Assembly (NCBI GenBank): GCA_963771075.1
Contig: CAVYSE010000008.1
Span: forward strand, 1 to 64,000
Source: a candidate division FCPU426 bacterium
Lineage (GTDB): Bacteria; Oederibacteriota; Muellerivitia; Muellerivitales; Muellerivitaceae
Direction of reading: 5' to 3'
DNA length: 64,000 bases
The notes below the pieces were generated by a model, which was not told where the DNA came from, searched no databases, and saw nothing but the letters and a program-made list of their open reading frames with translations. The stretch's first letter is position 1. Every line of letters starts with the position of its first letter. Both the position numbers and the translations under genes were made by a program. Shown piece after piece: positions 28,451 to 39,245 of this stretch.

Positions 28451-29215
28451 TTAGGGACAAGTCACAATATTCATTTCATAACAAGTCGTTCCAGCCGTAG
28501 TTGAGTAATTTCCAGAACTACCGTTTAAATAAAAAGTGTTCCAATATTGTAAAATATTTGCAAAGCACGAACTTCCGCAATAGGTACCTGGAATTTGATA
28601 AGTTGTGGTATACGAGGTGCAAGCCGCACTATTGACCCCTATTCCATTGCCACCATAGGGGCAATAAGCAACAAGTAAATAATTACCCACGCTCAAAACC
28701 GGATAAGGTGGTGGAAAATTAAAATAACTAGCGCTTTTCCAACTGCCTCCACTTCCACCAGAAAATCCATACGAAGAATAGGAAACAAGTGTCGCCGTCG
28801 TTCCTGAAATTGAATAAATGGCATAATCAACTTCGTTACCTCCGCTATAAAAAATGTTAAAACTTGTAACACTTGTAGTAGAGGGAATTGTTATCTCATT
28901 GCTGACGATATTATCCGTATTAAAAGGAACCACCGTAATTGAGGCAGAAGGATCATTGTTTCCATGTGTTGAACTACTTCCGCATGGTGTAAAAGTTGGA
29001 GTCATAGTTGGTGTATTTGAAGGAGTGAATGTTATTGTGGGGGTTCCGGTATTAGTTGGAGTAAAGGTTATGGTATTCGTCGCTGGTAAATAGACAACTG
29101 TTACTGGTGTGGAAGGAACTGATTTGTCCGGGCATCCAATATTGAGAATGGAAACACCGATAAAAAGTATCGAAAATAAGATTACTGAAAAAAGGCCGAA
29201 GAAACGTAATTTCAT
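28451..29215 (-). CDS. Putative lipoprotein with Thr/Pro-rich linker
   Basis: Signal peptide ending NIGC, TPT repeats, Ser/Gly/Tyr-rich domain. Confidence 0.65.
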   Translation of the reverse strand: MKLRFFGLFSVILFSILFIGVSILNIGCPDKSVPSTPVTVVYLPATNTITFTPTNTGTPTITFTPSNTPTMTPTFTPCGSSSTHGNNDPSASITVVPFNTDNIVSNEITIPSTTSVTSFNIFYSGGNEVDYAIYSISGTTATLVSYSSYGFSGGSGGSWKSASYFNFPPPYPVLSVGNYLLVAYCPYGGNGIGVNSAACTSYTTTYQIPGTYCGSSCFANILQYWNTFYLNGSSGNYSTTAGTTCYEMNIVTCP

Positions 29216-29330
29216 TGAAAAAAACCTCGCCTAAAACATGGTGTGTAGAAGGGTTTAAAAAAAATTTATCTTTTAGAAGTATAGCCGGGGTTGAAGGTAA
29301 GAAAACAAGGAAATTTTTCTCTTTACGACC

Positions 29331-29945
29331 CTATTTTAGAGCTTGCGCTTTAAGCAATCTTTTAAATTCAATGATCCCCAATATTAACCCAGCACAAATT
29401 CTTACTACTGCAAGTTTGGAATCTGTTTTAACTATTGGAATTAAATTCATGCAATTTTCAAGGTCGTTTTTAGGAATTATTTTGCCATCACTGTGCAGGT
29501 GCCCCGTATATAGAAATGCTTTGATTAATTCTAAACCACTATATTTGCCCGTACTGAGTAATCCTTCTTTTGACTGTTTTTGAAAATTTGATATTTTGTC
29601 TTTCTTGTTTAAGCAAGAATCAAAACTAGAACAAAATTCTTCTGTCTCTCTTTTGTAACCGAATAATTCGCGAGCGGCAGTTTCCAATGATCGGTAGAAG
29701 AATGTTTCGGAAGGTTCAATGAATTGCCTTAAAAGAGCCGCTAGAGATAATAGGTGCTCCTCATCAAAATTGAATTCATTGGTTTCGATACCATTTTCAA
29801 TAAAATTAAATTTTGGTAAAAATGGTCCTTTCCTTAACATTTTCGTAAAGGAACGATTTTCTATTTCATCGCAATATTCGTAAAAAGCATTAATTCTCGA
29901 CTGAGGAGTAATTAAGTTATTTATATCGCTTATTTTGCTTTTCAT
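29331..29945 (-). CDS. Hypothetical protein
   Basis: 204-aa AT-rich ORF. Confidence 0.55.
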   Translation of the reverse strand: MKSKISDINNLITPQSRINAFYEYCDEIENRSFTKMLRKGPFLPKFNFIENGIETNEFNFDEEHLLSLAALLRQFIEPSETFFYRSLETAARELFGYKRETEEFCSSFDSCLNKKDKISNFQKQSKEGLLSTGKYSGLELIKAFLYTGHLHSDGKIIPKNDLENCMNLIPIVKTDSKLAVVRICAGLILGIIEFKRLLKAQALK

Positions 29946-30283
29946 TACTCGCGCCTTTGATGATCCGGCAATTAAATTTACACTTTTGAATGTATTTTAC
30001 CGTGCAGTCCTTATTTAAAAATCATTTCCCTCTCAATTCATTAGTTGCGGGGAGGGGTCCGGGGAGGGAAACCTCCCCGGTGCCTGGAGACCGAAGGCAA
30101 AAGGGATTGTTAAGGAATGTTTTGAAAACCTGTTTGCTTAGATAAATTAACGGGATAGGAAATCCTGCAACCTGCCAGCTCCTTGGCAAAGGCTTTCTCG
30201 ATACCCCTCCATATAATCGGGTGGGCCTATTTTTCAGATGTATTGCCGAATACTAACGGTAAGCGAAAAATGAAAAATTCAGA

Positions 30284-31036
30284 TTAAACCAGAAATTCAA
30301 AATCTCCATGAAAGTAATAACCGACCATTTGTTTAGGTTGGTAGTTTGCGCGATTGGTGTCCATGTACTGCTCTCCAAGAATTTCAACCTGCGGAAGCTT
30401 TCCGAATAAGTCCCGCGCTTTTTTTATGGCTTCGTTGTAATGCATCATGAACTGCTTGCCGCTTTCGGAATTTTTCTTTTCCGCAGGAATGTTCCTCCAA
30501 ATTTCTTGGATAAATCTGTGGATGTCCTGAAGGGCTGAATGGACGCCCGCCACTCCAACGAAAGGGTCCTTGGATGCAAATAGTCCTGAACGTGCCATTA
30601 GCAAAAGTTCCTTGCTCATCGAAGCTCGAATACGTTGGGCGAGGGGGTCCGAGTAATTGTTAATGTCCACAATCGAAAGGAAGCTTCGGTAGTTGTCGCT
30701 TATCGTCCACCGCGCATATTCATCAAGCAGGGCACAAACGGTTGGGCGCATCCGCTTGAATCGAGTTTTTTTGAAACGAACAGCTAGGAGTCCCCATGCT
30801 TTTTTTAGTAATGTAACAATGTCATTTTTGAACAAGCCGATAATAAGGATTGCCTGGAGAGCATAAACAATCCATATCTTCCCGCTGGTATATTGGAACC
30901 CTAATTGTGGGCCAAGAAAAGTAGCGATTGCCGCCAAGGAAGCGACCAGTCGTATAAGATTATCCATAACGTTTTTCTGTGGCTCCGGAGTGGTTTCTTC
31001 AGAATCAAGCATTGATAATAAATCATTTCTGCCCAT
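30284..31036 (-). CDS. Hypothetical membrane protein
   Basis: 250 aa, two N-terminal TM segments. Confidence 0.6.
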   Translation of the reverse strand: MGRNDLLSMLDSEETTPEPQKNVMDNLIRLVASLAAIATFLGPQLGFQYTSGKIWIVYALQAILIIGLFKNDIVTLLKKAWGLLAVRFKKTRFKRMRPTVCALLDEYARWTISDNYRSFLSIVDINNYSDPLAQRIRASMSKELLLMARSGLFASKDPFVGVAGVHSALQDIHRFIQEIWRNIPAEKKNSESGKQFMMHYNEAIKKARDLFGKLPQVEILGEQYMDTNRANYQPKQMVGYYFHGDFEFLV

Positions 31037-31047
31037 GAAAAGCTCTT

Positions 31048-31503
31048 TTAAGCCTTTGCCGCATGGGCATGACGAATGACAACCGGGCGCCGCCCTGAAA
31101 ACCGTATGGTCTTTTTTTCAGGGGTGGGCAGTTCCTTGGTTTGGGTTATTCCCCTGGCCCGGGCCAACTCCTGGCCCCTCTTGAAAAAAATATTTTCGGT
31201 TTCGGTCAAGTCCTGGTTTCGCAAAGAAGGGTTATCCACCAGCTGGTAACCCAGGATTTTGATGGAAATATCCTTCACCGCTTTCAAGAACTCCTGCCAT
31301 TTAGGGTCTTTCGCGCGGAAGTCCCGGTCAATGGCCCCGTCGATGGCTTGCCTTGCATAGGAGGAGAAGTCTTTTATCCCCAAGGCTTCCATTCCCTCCA
31401 CCCATGCCTTTTTCCTCATGAGGTCTACCCGAAAACGGATCATTTCACTTTTATTGTGCCTAATCCGGTTTTTTAACCGGAAATGAATCTTATGGGTTTT
31501 CAT
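31048..31503 (-). CDS. Hypothetical protein, possible ribbon-helix-helix
   Basis: KSEMIRFRV...KKAW...DFSSYARQAID. Confidence 0.5.
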   Translation of the reverse strand: MKTHKIHFRLKNRIRHNKSEMIRFRVDLMRKKAWVEGMEALGIKDFSSYARQAIDGAIDRDFRAKDPKWQEFLKAVKDISIKILGYQLVDNPSLRNQDLTETENIFFKRGQELARARGITQTKELPTPEKKTIRFSGRRPVVIRHAHAAKA

Positions 31504-31913
31504 AATTCTTCTCCTTTGATGATTTTATCGAAAAGTTCCTGCGTCACTTCCTCGGCGAGGAAAAGGTGTTTTACGATACAAACCTCAAACCGCGCCGAAT
31601 ATTGGGCCACCAATAAAATCCGCTTTTGTTCGCTATGAACAACCCACAGCCCCGCGCCGTCACTTAATGGAACGGAAAAAACCCGGCTGTCAGGCGGGAA
31701 GGTTTTGAGGTAACCTTTGAACTTCAAATAAAGGTCCCGGAACATTGCCCCGTTGGGCATCCTCTCGATTGTTTTTACCTTCGACTTAACCCTTTCCAGC
31801 TCCTCGATGGTCCAAACCTTTACGTCCTCCGGTTTCAATGCCATTTCGTCCTCTTCCTTGCGCTTACGTCTAACCGTATTTGTAATTGTAGCGACATTTG
31901 TAGCGACATTCAA
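31500..31913 (-). CDS. Hypothetical protein
   Basis: ATGA overlap with the next gene; likely start MALKPED. Confidence 0.5.
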   Translation of the reverse strand: MNVATNVATITNTVRRKRKEEDEMALKPEDVKVWTIEELERVKSKVKTIERMPNGAMFRDLYLKFKGYLKTFPPDSRVFSVPLSDGAGLWVVHSEQKRILLVAQYSARFEVCIVKHLFLAEEVTQELFDKIIKGEEL

Positions 31914-31931
31914 GCGCCTTTTTTGTGATTC

Positions 31932-32061
31932 CTATAGTTGGTTTACTAAGGACTGGAATTCCCTCTCCTGGGCCGGTTCTAAGGCCACCCCTACAGAATC
32001 CAAAAATTGCCCTTTGGTCAGGTTGTCCTTAAAGTCAACGATGACATGGGAATTCATATCC
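31932..32061 (-). pseudogene. Probable 3' gene fragment starting at repeat copy 4
   Basis: DMNSHVIVDFKDNL...SLVNQL* with no RBS on this side of the repeat. Confidence 0.4.
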
Positions 32062-32098
32062 GTTGCACACCATCCTTTTTGGGAGGGCCATGTGCAGG
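32062..32098 (+). repeat. 37-bp CRISPR-like repeat, copy 4
   Basis: Exact copy. Confidence 0.97.
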
Positions 32099-32241
32099 GG
32101 TGTAAACGCCGGTCCAAAAGTGTGACGGTCTGAGAGGGCAAAAAGGCGGTCGAAAAGTGTGACACTCCCCGAATATCCGGGATGATGTGGTTTTCAGCAA
32201 TGGAACTACAGACACCGGAAGGAAAAGGAGTGTTAAAAAAC

Positions 32242-33741
32242 ATGAATCAATGGACTGAAATCCGTAAGAAAATCCTGGTGGAGGGTGTCTCCAAGCGCCA
32301 GGTGATGGAAGAAGAAGGCATCCACTGGGAAACCCTCAAGAAAATACTCGCCCATAGTGAACCTCCCGGCTACCAGATGAACCAGGAGAGACCCCAGCCA
32401 AAGATAGGGCCCTTCCTGGGCCGTATAAAGCAAATTCTGCAAGACGATAAGCACATCCACAAGAAACAGCGCCATACCGCGAAACGAATTTTTGAGCGCC
32501 TACGCAAGGAAGACGGCTATACCGGCGGGTATAGCCAGGTCAAAAAGGCCGTCCGGGGGATCAAACGAAGGAATAGTGAAGTGTTCATGCCGTTGACGCA
32601 CCGGCCCGGTGAAGCGCAGGTGGATTTTGGGCACGCTCTGGTCAAGCTCAATGGTGTGTTGGTCAAGCGTCCCTACTTTGTGATGGCCTTACCTTATTCG
32701 GATGCTTACTTCGTGCAGATATTTGAACGGGAAAGCACGGAATTCGTCTGGGAAGGCCACATCCGGGCTTTTGAATATTTCGGCGGTGTGCCCTGGCGGA
32801 TTAGCTACGACAACGCAAAAACCCTCGTGAAAAAGTTGATCGGTGTACATCAACGGGAATTGACGCGGGGTTTCCAGCAGTTGGTGAGCCACTATCTCTT
32901 CGACCATCACTTCTGCACCATACGCCGGGGCAACGAAAAGGGTGTGGTGGAAGGCGGGGTGAGGTATGTGCGGCTGAATTTCATGGTGCCGGTTCCACAA
33001 GTGGGAAGCTTGGAGGAATTAAACAAAAAGTTGGTAGTGAACTGCGATGAGGATTTGGAACGCAAATTGCGAGGCAAAGGACTTCCCAAAGAGCAACTTC
33101 TAGACGAGGAGAAGGCCCATTTCAGGCCCTTACCAGCGGCTGCTTTTGACGGCTGTATCAAGCAGTCCACCACAGCCACTTCCTTGTCCCTGGTGCGATT
33201 CGATACCAACGACTATTCCGTGCCTTCGGAGTGGGCCCACCATCCAGTGGTGGTCAAGGGATACACCGACCGGGTGGATATTTTTCACAAGGAAAAACGA
33301 ATCGCCACCCACGCCCGCCTTTGGTGCAAGGAAGGTGTGGCCTTCAATCCGGTGCATTATTTGGCGGTTTTGGAGGGTAAACCTGGGGCATTGGATCACG
33401 CCAGGCCTCTGGAAGACTGGAACCTACCGGAGAGTTTCCCCCTCCTGCGCCGCCGCACGGAAGGTAAGGAAAAGTTTCATGGTGAGGGGACACGGGAATA
33501 CATCAAAACGCTTCGGCTTTTGGAAAAATATCCCATGGGCAGGCTCCATCGGGCCGTGAAAAAAGCCGTACAGATGGAAATTTATACCCGCGACGCCGTT
33601 GCCCAACTGCTCTACCCCAGGGAGGATTTCAGGCTGACCACCTTCAGCCTAGCCGGGCGTGAGCACTTGAGGCGGGTCCATGTGGCCCGACAGGATATCT
33701 CGGCCTATCGCGAACTGTTAGCGGTTGGAGGTGAAGCATGA
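32242..33741 (+). CDS. istA: IS21 transposase IstA
   Basis: PGEAQVDFG, YDNAK, NEKGVVE. Confidence 0.95.
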   Translation: MNQWTEIRKKILVEGVSKRQVMEEEGIHWETLKKILAHSEPPGYQMNQERPQPKIGPFLGRIKQILQDDKHIHKKQRHTAKRIFERLRKEDGYTGGYSQVKKAVRGIKRRNSEVFMPLTHRPGEAQVDFGHALVKLNGVLVKRPYFVMALPYSDAYFVQIFERESTEFVWEGHIRAFEYFGGVPWRISYDNAKTLVKKLIGVHQRELTRGFQQLVSHYLFDHHFCTIRRGNEKGVVEGGVRYVRLNFMVPVPQVGSLEELNKKLVVNCDEDLERKLRGKGLPKEQLLDEEKAHFRPLPAAAFDGCIKQSTTATSLSLVRFDTNDYSVPSEWAHHPVVVKGYTDRVDIFHKEKRIATHARLWCKEGVAFNPVHYLAVLEGKPGALDHARPLEDWNLPESFPLLRRRTEGKEKFHGEGTREYIKTLRLLEKYPMGRLHRAVKKAVQMEIYTRDAVAQLLYPREDFRLTTFSLAGREHLRRVHVARQDISAYRELLAVGGEA

Positions 33742-34505
33742 GCGAATCCAAAAAGACTCTCTTGCTGGAACACCACCTCAAAAAACTCAAACTGCCAACG
33801 ATCTATCGCGAGTACGACAAGATGGCCCAACTCTGCCGCACTGAACGAAGCGATTATCCGCAGTACCTGCTCAAGCTCTGTGAGTTGGAACTTCTGGACC
33901 GCGAACGCAGGGTCAAGGAGAGGCGCATTCGCGATGCCGGGTTTCCCGTACTCAAGACCTTGGACACATTCGATTTCAAGGCCCAGCCCTCGATCAACCA
34001 GGAATTGACGCGGGAACTCATGCGGGGTGAGTACATCGACAAAAAAGAAAACGTCCTGTTGATCGGCAATTCCGGAACAGGTAAAACCCATTTGGCCACG
34101 GCCTTGGCCTTTCAGGCCTGCACCCAAGGCCGGACGGTGCGGTTCTTCTCCGTCACCGGCCTTGTGACAGAACTTTTGGAGCGCCGCGAGGAAAAACAAT
34201 TGGCCAAGTTCCATCGGCAATTGGCGAAGTACGACCTGATCGTCCTGGACGAACTGGGTTACGTCCCTTTCACCAAGGCGGGGGCCGAACTACTTTTCGA
34301 GGTGGTCAGCAAGGCCTATGAACGTACCAGCCTGATGGTAACGACGAATCTGCCCTTTGAAAATTGGGTGGAAATCATGGGTTCCGAGAGAATGACGGGA
34401 GCGCTTATTGACCGTTTGACCCATCGGGTGCATATTCTAGAGGCGAACGGCCAAAGCTTCAGATTGGGGGAAGCGAAAAAACGGCTCAGGCATAAAGATA
34501 AATAG
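33738..34505 (+). CDS. istB: IS21 helper ATPase IstB
   Basis: GNSGTGKT, LDELGY, ALIDRLTH. Confidence 0.95.
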   Translation: MSESKKTLLLEHHLKKLKLPTIYREYDKMAQLCRTERSDYPQYLLKLCELELLDRERRVKERRIRDAGFPVLKTLDTFDFKAQPSINQELTRELMRGEYIDKKENVLLIGNSGTGKTHLATALAFQACTQGRTVRFFSVTGLVTELLERREEKQLAKFHRQLAKYDLIVLDELGYVPFTKAGAELLFEVVSKAYERTSLMVTTNLPFENWVEIMGSERMTGALIDRLTHRVHILEANGQSFRLGEAKKRLRHKDK

Positions 34506-34773
34506 GATTGATAAGGCTAACCAACGACCATACACCGTAAGGCGTATGGAAGGCGGGGGGTGTCACACTTTTGGACCGCCCACCGTCACACTTTTCGAGC
34601 GGCGCGGACATCCATACTAGCCTCCACAACATTCATTCCATTTAGACGCCCAACACTTAAATTCAATTCCTGATTTTTAATTCTCTCCTTCTGATTATTG
34701 CAAATTTAAGGCATATCCAGTGTAGTGTTGACACAAAGAAAAAACAAATATAGTCTAACCAACGATATGCATT

Positions 34774-34971
34774 ATGGAATCGAGGGGAAATATCATGGTA
34801 AAAGAAGTAAAAAAACCGCAACAAAATTCTTCTCTTGAAGCGTTCATGGAAGAAATTCACAAGCTTGCGGAAGAGAATTATAAAAAGAGAATCGCGTCCA
34901 ACAAACCAGGCGATGCGCTCTCCGACTGGTTACAAGCGGAAAAAGAAGTTAAGAAAAAACACAAGCTGTAA
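34774..34971 (+). CDS. DUF2934-like small protein
   Basis: IHKLAEENYKKR...GDALSDWLQAEKE. Confidence 0.7.
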   Translation: MESRGNIMVKEVKKPQQNSSLEAFMEEIHKLAEENYKKRIASNKPGDALSDWLQAEKEVKKKHKL

Positions 34972-36009
34972 GCGGAACCATTTTAGCTTTCAAAAACAGT
35001 TCATTTTCCATTTTTATAATATTTTGCGTGTGGATGAAGGTCGTGGTAATGCTTTCTATTATCCTCTCTCCATTTCTCCTGAGAATGAATAATACAAAGC
35101 CTCCTGTTGTTTATCCTTTTCCCCTTTAACCTGACCCCACAAACTCTACAATCATCTTCTCCCAACTTCTTTGTCTTTTTCATTCCCTGACTCCGTTTAA
35201 GAACATCAACATCGCCTTTATAAATTGATCTTTGTATCAGAAATATTCTTCAAAGTTGTTACTCAAGCCTAACCGAGACTGGGTTCATCGGGCGTTAATA
35301 CCTCTTTTAAAAAACCGGCCTTTTACGGCACTTAAGTATTTCTTGGCCCGACCCATGTAGTAAACCGGTGACGGGAGTTTGAAAAATCTTTTGATCCCTT
35401 TGGATCTATCGGGACACACCTACAACCTCTTTTGCGAAATTGCCAGCCGATGCTTCCCTGATGGAAATGAATCCCCCATTTTTTAAAGATTAAATCCCTG
35501 ACGCGTTCCAGGTTCCAATGGGCATCTTTAAAACCGAATTTTTTCGGACTGATACCAAGCCAACCAACTACTTCCAGCCATTTTTCCTCGGTTAACGGCG
35601 AATTCATGCCCTGGGGGTACTTCCTTTGCGCCATTTTTCGCCTAAAGGAAGGGGTTCTCCAAAGTTTTTTAAATCTCCGACTGCGCCATCGGCGATACTC
35701 CAGGCCCCCCTGCACCTTTCTCGACATTTCCGACATTTGTTCCCTGTAAACAGGATCAGCCCACTTCTCTTTAAGGTATGCCCGTCTTTTCGTCCGCATC
35801 TCACTGGTTTTCCACGCGTTTTTGATCGCCTGAACAAAATGTTTTTTATATTGCGGATTCTTCCACAGTTTTTTTTGACTTTTGGAGTGTTCCTTGAATT
35901 CCCTGGGTGTCCATTTTCTGCCGGTGTTTGAAATGTTTCCCATGTGGATTGCCGACAGGATTTGCCTGGTTTCCGGGCTGATAATGGTGCGAACCTTAAA
36001 ATCTTTTTT

Positions 36010-37377
36010 GGGTCTTCTCCAAAAGTTGTGGGTAAAAAATCATAGCTAAAAGTCAGTTAAGCCTTTCCCTGTAACGAATTTCAGGCCTTGATGGGTCCGA
36101 AAAACTTGTCATGCTTGAGGAATGAAAAACTTCAAGCGTCTGTATGACACCTACCGATTCCCCGGCTTTATCCCCCGAGTCACGCTCAAAGGATTATTTG
36201 GTGACCGGTGCGCCCGGATCATTTCCCTACGCCGCCGGGGAAAAAAACGATTTGTGGAGCCTGTGGAAAGGTTTCTCGGACCTTTTACGACCACAAGACC
36301 AGGCTGGTGCGCGACAAGCCTTGCGGAGACTTGCGTATTTACCTGGAAATGGAAGTCCGGCGTGTGGACTGCAAGGACTGCGGTGCTGTGAAAGGTGAAC
36401 GGCTTTCCTGGCTGAACAACCCCTTCTACACCAAGCGGTTCGCCTATTACGTCGGCAAACGCTGTCAAAACACCACGATCCGCGAAGTGGCCGATGAACT
36501 TTGCCTGGATTGGAAGACCGTGAAGTCCATGGAAATGGACTACATGCGGGAAAAGTTGAAGCGAGCAGGTAACCCGACACCTCGAGTGTTGGGGATGGAT
36601 GAAATCTCGGTTCGCAAGGGGCACAACTACCGGATCGTGGTGAGTGACCTGGAACGTGGTCGGCCCATTTGGTTTGGTGGAAAGGACCGCACGGAAGAAA
36701 GTCTGGATCTGTTCTGGGAGGAATTAGGCCAGAAAAAGGCCGAAAAGGTTCGGTTGGTGGTCATGGACATGTGGGAGGCGTTCGAGAATTCCACGGTTAA
36801 AAACGCGACTCAGGCGGCCATCCTCTACGACAAGTTCCATGTGATGAGAAAACTAGGCGAGGCCATGGACGCCATCCGGCGGTCGGAATATAGCCATCTT
36901 CCAAAAGTGGAAAGGGGTTATCTCAAGGGGAACCGTTACATCCTGCTGTCTCATCGTCAAAACCTGGACTTGAAAGGTCGAAAAAGGTTGAAGGCGCTAT
37001 TGGCGGTCAACCAGCGATTGAATACGGCCTATGTCTTGAAAGAGTCCTTTGGTCAACTTTGGGACTACAAGTACTCGGCCTATGCTGAAAAATTCTTTGA
37101 GAATTGGAAGTCATCCTTGAAGGGTCAAAATCTGAAGCCATATGAGAAATTTTCACAGACGGTGGAGAGGCATTGGGAAGGAATCGTGGCGCACTGCAAG
37201 CCGGAGAACAAGGTTTCATTGGGGTTTGTGGAAGGGTTGAACAACAAGATTAGGGTGATTCAGCGACGGGCTTACGGTCTTCGAGACCCTGAATACCTGC
37301 GGCTCAAGGTGCTGACTTGTACCCTACCCAACTTCTGAAAATACCCCTAAACTACCCACACGTTTGGGAGAAGACCC
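36010..37377 (+). mobile_element. ISL3-family element
   Basis: IRs GGGTCTTCTCC / GGAGAAGACCC; 8-bp target duplication TCTTTTTT at 36002-36009 and 37378-37385. Confidence 0.95.
36122..37338 (+). CDS. ISL3 transposase with a frameshift at GGGGAAAAAAA (~36237-36247)
   Basis: CGAC/CKDC zinc finger, LGMDE, DMW, DKFHV, EGLNNKIRVIQRRAYG. Confidence 0.9.
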
Positions 37378-37855
37378 TCTTTTTTGTATTCAGCCTGTGT
37401 GTAATTGTGTGCGAACGTAAGATGGGTATGAGTGATGGCCCTGTAGGATTTATGGCAAATTTTGCATTCAATCATGAGCCCACCAACGGGGACAGGTTGC
37501 CCCCATCATTTATTTTGATCTCTTGTCCAACCCAGTTTCCCGTAGCGGCAAGTTTATTCTTTTTGATTTTAACCTATCCCGGCAGGGTAGGGACGGAAGA
37601 AAGCCATCTGGCTTTGGAGGAATTACCTATCAGACCTTGATGAAATCGAGATGAAGCCCTCGAAGCCAAATCTTTTAACTTTTTTCGCCGTTAATTTCGG
37701 ACTCGATTCTTTCACAAGCCGTTATGATTTTCCCGAAACTTGGCGGGTTTAAGATCAATCCCGCCTCCGTTATTACACCGGCTTCATTTCGTAAAATTCG
37801 TTGCGAAGTCCCCAATCATTCAGCCATAGGTTACCCCTAATATTCCATTGCAGAG

Positions 37856-39052
37856 TTAACTTTGCCCCGCCCAATAAACCACTGGTTTTTCCAGAAACGC
37901 TTCAATAGCAATTCCCTGATTTCCCACCAATAAGGATCGTTTCGGCTTAAAGGCTTTGGTAAAGGAATCAAGCCCGGGCAAAAGATTTTTTCCCATACCG
38001 CTTTTCACTTCGATCGCTGTTAATTCCTTCCCTCTTTTCAAGACGAAGTCCACTTCCTGATTTCTCTCGCGCCAATAAAATATTTCCATGTCCGTTCCAA
38101 TACAGCCGTTGACCAGGTGGGCTCCTACCGCCGACTCCACCCATCGGCCCCATGCCTTCGGGTCCTTGCGAGCTTGATCAAATGTCAGGTCCTGGCTGAC
38201 CGAGTAGAGGGCGGTATTCAAAACCTGCCATTTGGGAATGGAACCTCTTTGCCGTACTTTCTGTCCAGAGTATTTAGAAAGCCCCGTTAGCATTCCGACT
38301 TTTGACAACAATTCCACATAATGAGCCAAGGTGGTGGTATTCCCCGCGTCCTGCAGTTGTCCCACCATTTTCTGGTAAGAAAGAATTTGGCCGGAATACT
38401 CGCACCCCAGCTGAAATAACCTCCGCAATAGTGCGGGTTTGTCGACACGGGTCAAAAGAAGGACGTCACGCGAGAGGGTTGTTTCGATCAGGGAATCCCG
38501 AAGGTACTGGGTCCATCTCTCGGGCTCACTAATGAGGGAAGCTGAGCCGGGATACCCACCGTAATAGATATATTTTTCCAAGGTCCATCCAAAGGCCTTT
38601 TTCATTTCACTAAAAGACCAGTGGGTGATCGGGATGGTTTCAAACCTTCCAGCAAGACTTTCGGTGAGACCTTTCTGAATTAAAAGAGGCGCGGACCCTA
38701 AAAGGGCCACTTTGAGGGACACCCGATGGGCCGTATCCTCGTCCCAAAGACGCTTGATGATTTCCGACCAATCGCCAATTTTTTGAACCTCATCGAGGAT
38801 CAAAACCGCGCCAGAGTTCTTCTTTTCCCCGGCCAATAACCGCGCCTGATCCCACTGTTTTTGAATCCACTGAGGGTCACGAAGGGAGGGTTGGTCGGCG
38901 GAAGCGTAATGGTGTGGCGTTTTCAAGGATTTGAGGACCTGCCCCACCAGGGTCGTCTTACCCACCTGGCGGGGACCCGCCAAGACTTGGATAAATCGAC
39001 GGCTTTCTTCCAACCGTTCTTTTAGGATTTCCGCCTGATGTCTTTGATACAT
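37856..39052 (-). CDS. AAA_14 ATPase with DUF4143
   Basis: GPRQVGKTT, LDEVQ, ESLAGR, EVDF...IEVKSG. Confidence 0.9.
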   Translation of the reverse strand: MYQRHQAEILKERLEESRRFIQVLAGPRQVGKTTLVGQVLKSLKTPHHYASADQPSLRDPQWIQKQWDQARLLAGEKKNSGAVLILDEVQKIGDWSEIIKRLWDEDTAHRVSLKVALLGSAPLLIQKGLTESLAGRFETIPITHWSFSEMKKAFGWTLEKYIYYGGYPGSASLISEPERWTQYLRDSLIETTLSRDVLLLTRVDKPALLRRLFQLGCEYSGQILSYQKMVGQLQDAGNTTTLAHYVELLSKVGMLTGLSKYSGQKVRQRGSIPKWQVLNTALYSVSQDLTFDQARKDPKAWGRWVESAVGAHLVNGCIGTDMEIFYWRERNQEVDFVLKRGKELTAIEVKSGMGKNLLPGLDSFTKAFKPKRSLLVGNQGIAIEAFLEKPVVYWAGQS

Positions 39053-39245
39053 GGAGCACCTTTACAATTTACTCAATATGGTGAGTTATTTTACTCAACG
39101 TCCAGAACGATCGTCAAGACTCGCTTTCATGGTGCTAAAAAAATCTTTCTAAGGCGTACCGCACCACATCTTCCATTATGTATAGCCCCCACTTTCTTAT
39201 TCCCCAAAAAAACCACCAAGCGCAGCTGAAAGTATGGCACTATTA

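Larger units (their letters stand above)
32101..34610 (+). mobile_element. IS21-family element (distinct from the first)
   Basis: Left end TGTAAACGCCGGTCCAAAAGTGTGACGG; reverse complement of right end TGTCCGCGCCGCTCGAAAAGTGTGACGG; no target duplication. Confidence 0.93.
35332..37475 (-). pseudogene. Zn-finger + NUMOD3-like + winged-HTH protein split by ISL3
   Basis: MIECKICHKSYRAITHTHL...EYKK to the right of ISL3; FKVRTIISPETRQILSAIHMGN...WNLERVRDLI to the left. Confidence 0.6.

Noticed and set aside
28980..29085. Low-complexity repeats
   Set aside because: They encode the Thr/Pro linker of the lipoprotein.
30045..30110. GC-rich inverted repeat (CCGGGGAGG-GAAA-CCTCCCCGG) as oriT
   Set aside because: No recognisable nic site and no relaxase in the window.
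31887..31910. Direct repeat TGTAGCGACATT x2
   Set aside because: Could be an operator, but two copies alone are too little evidence.
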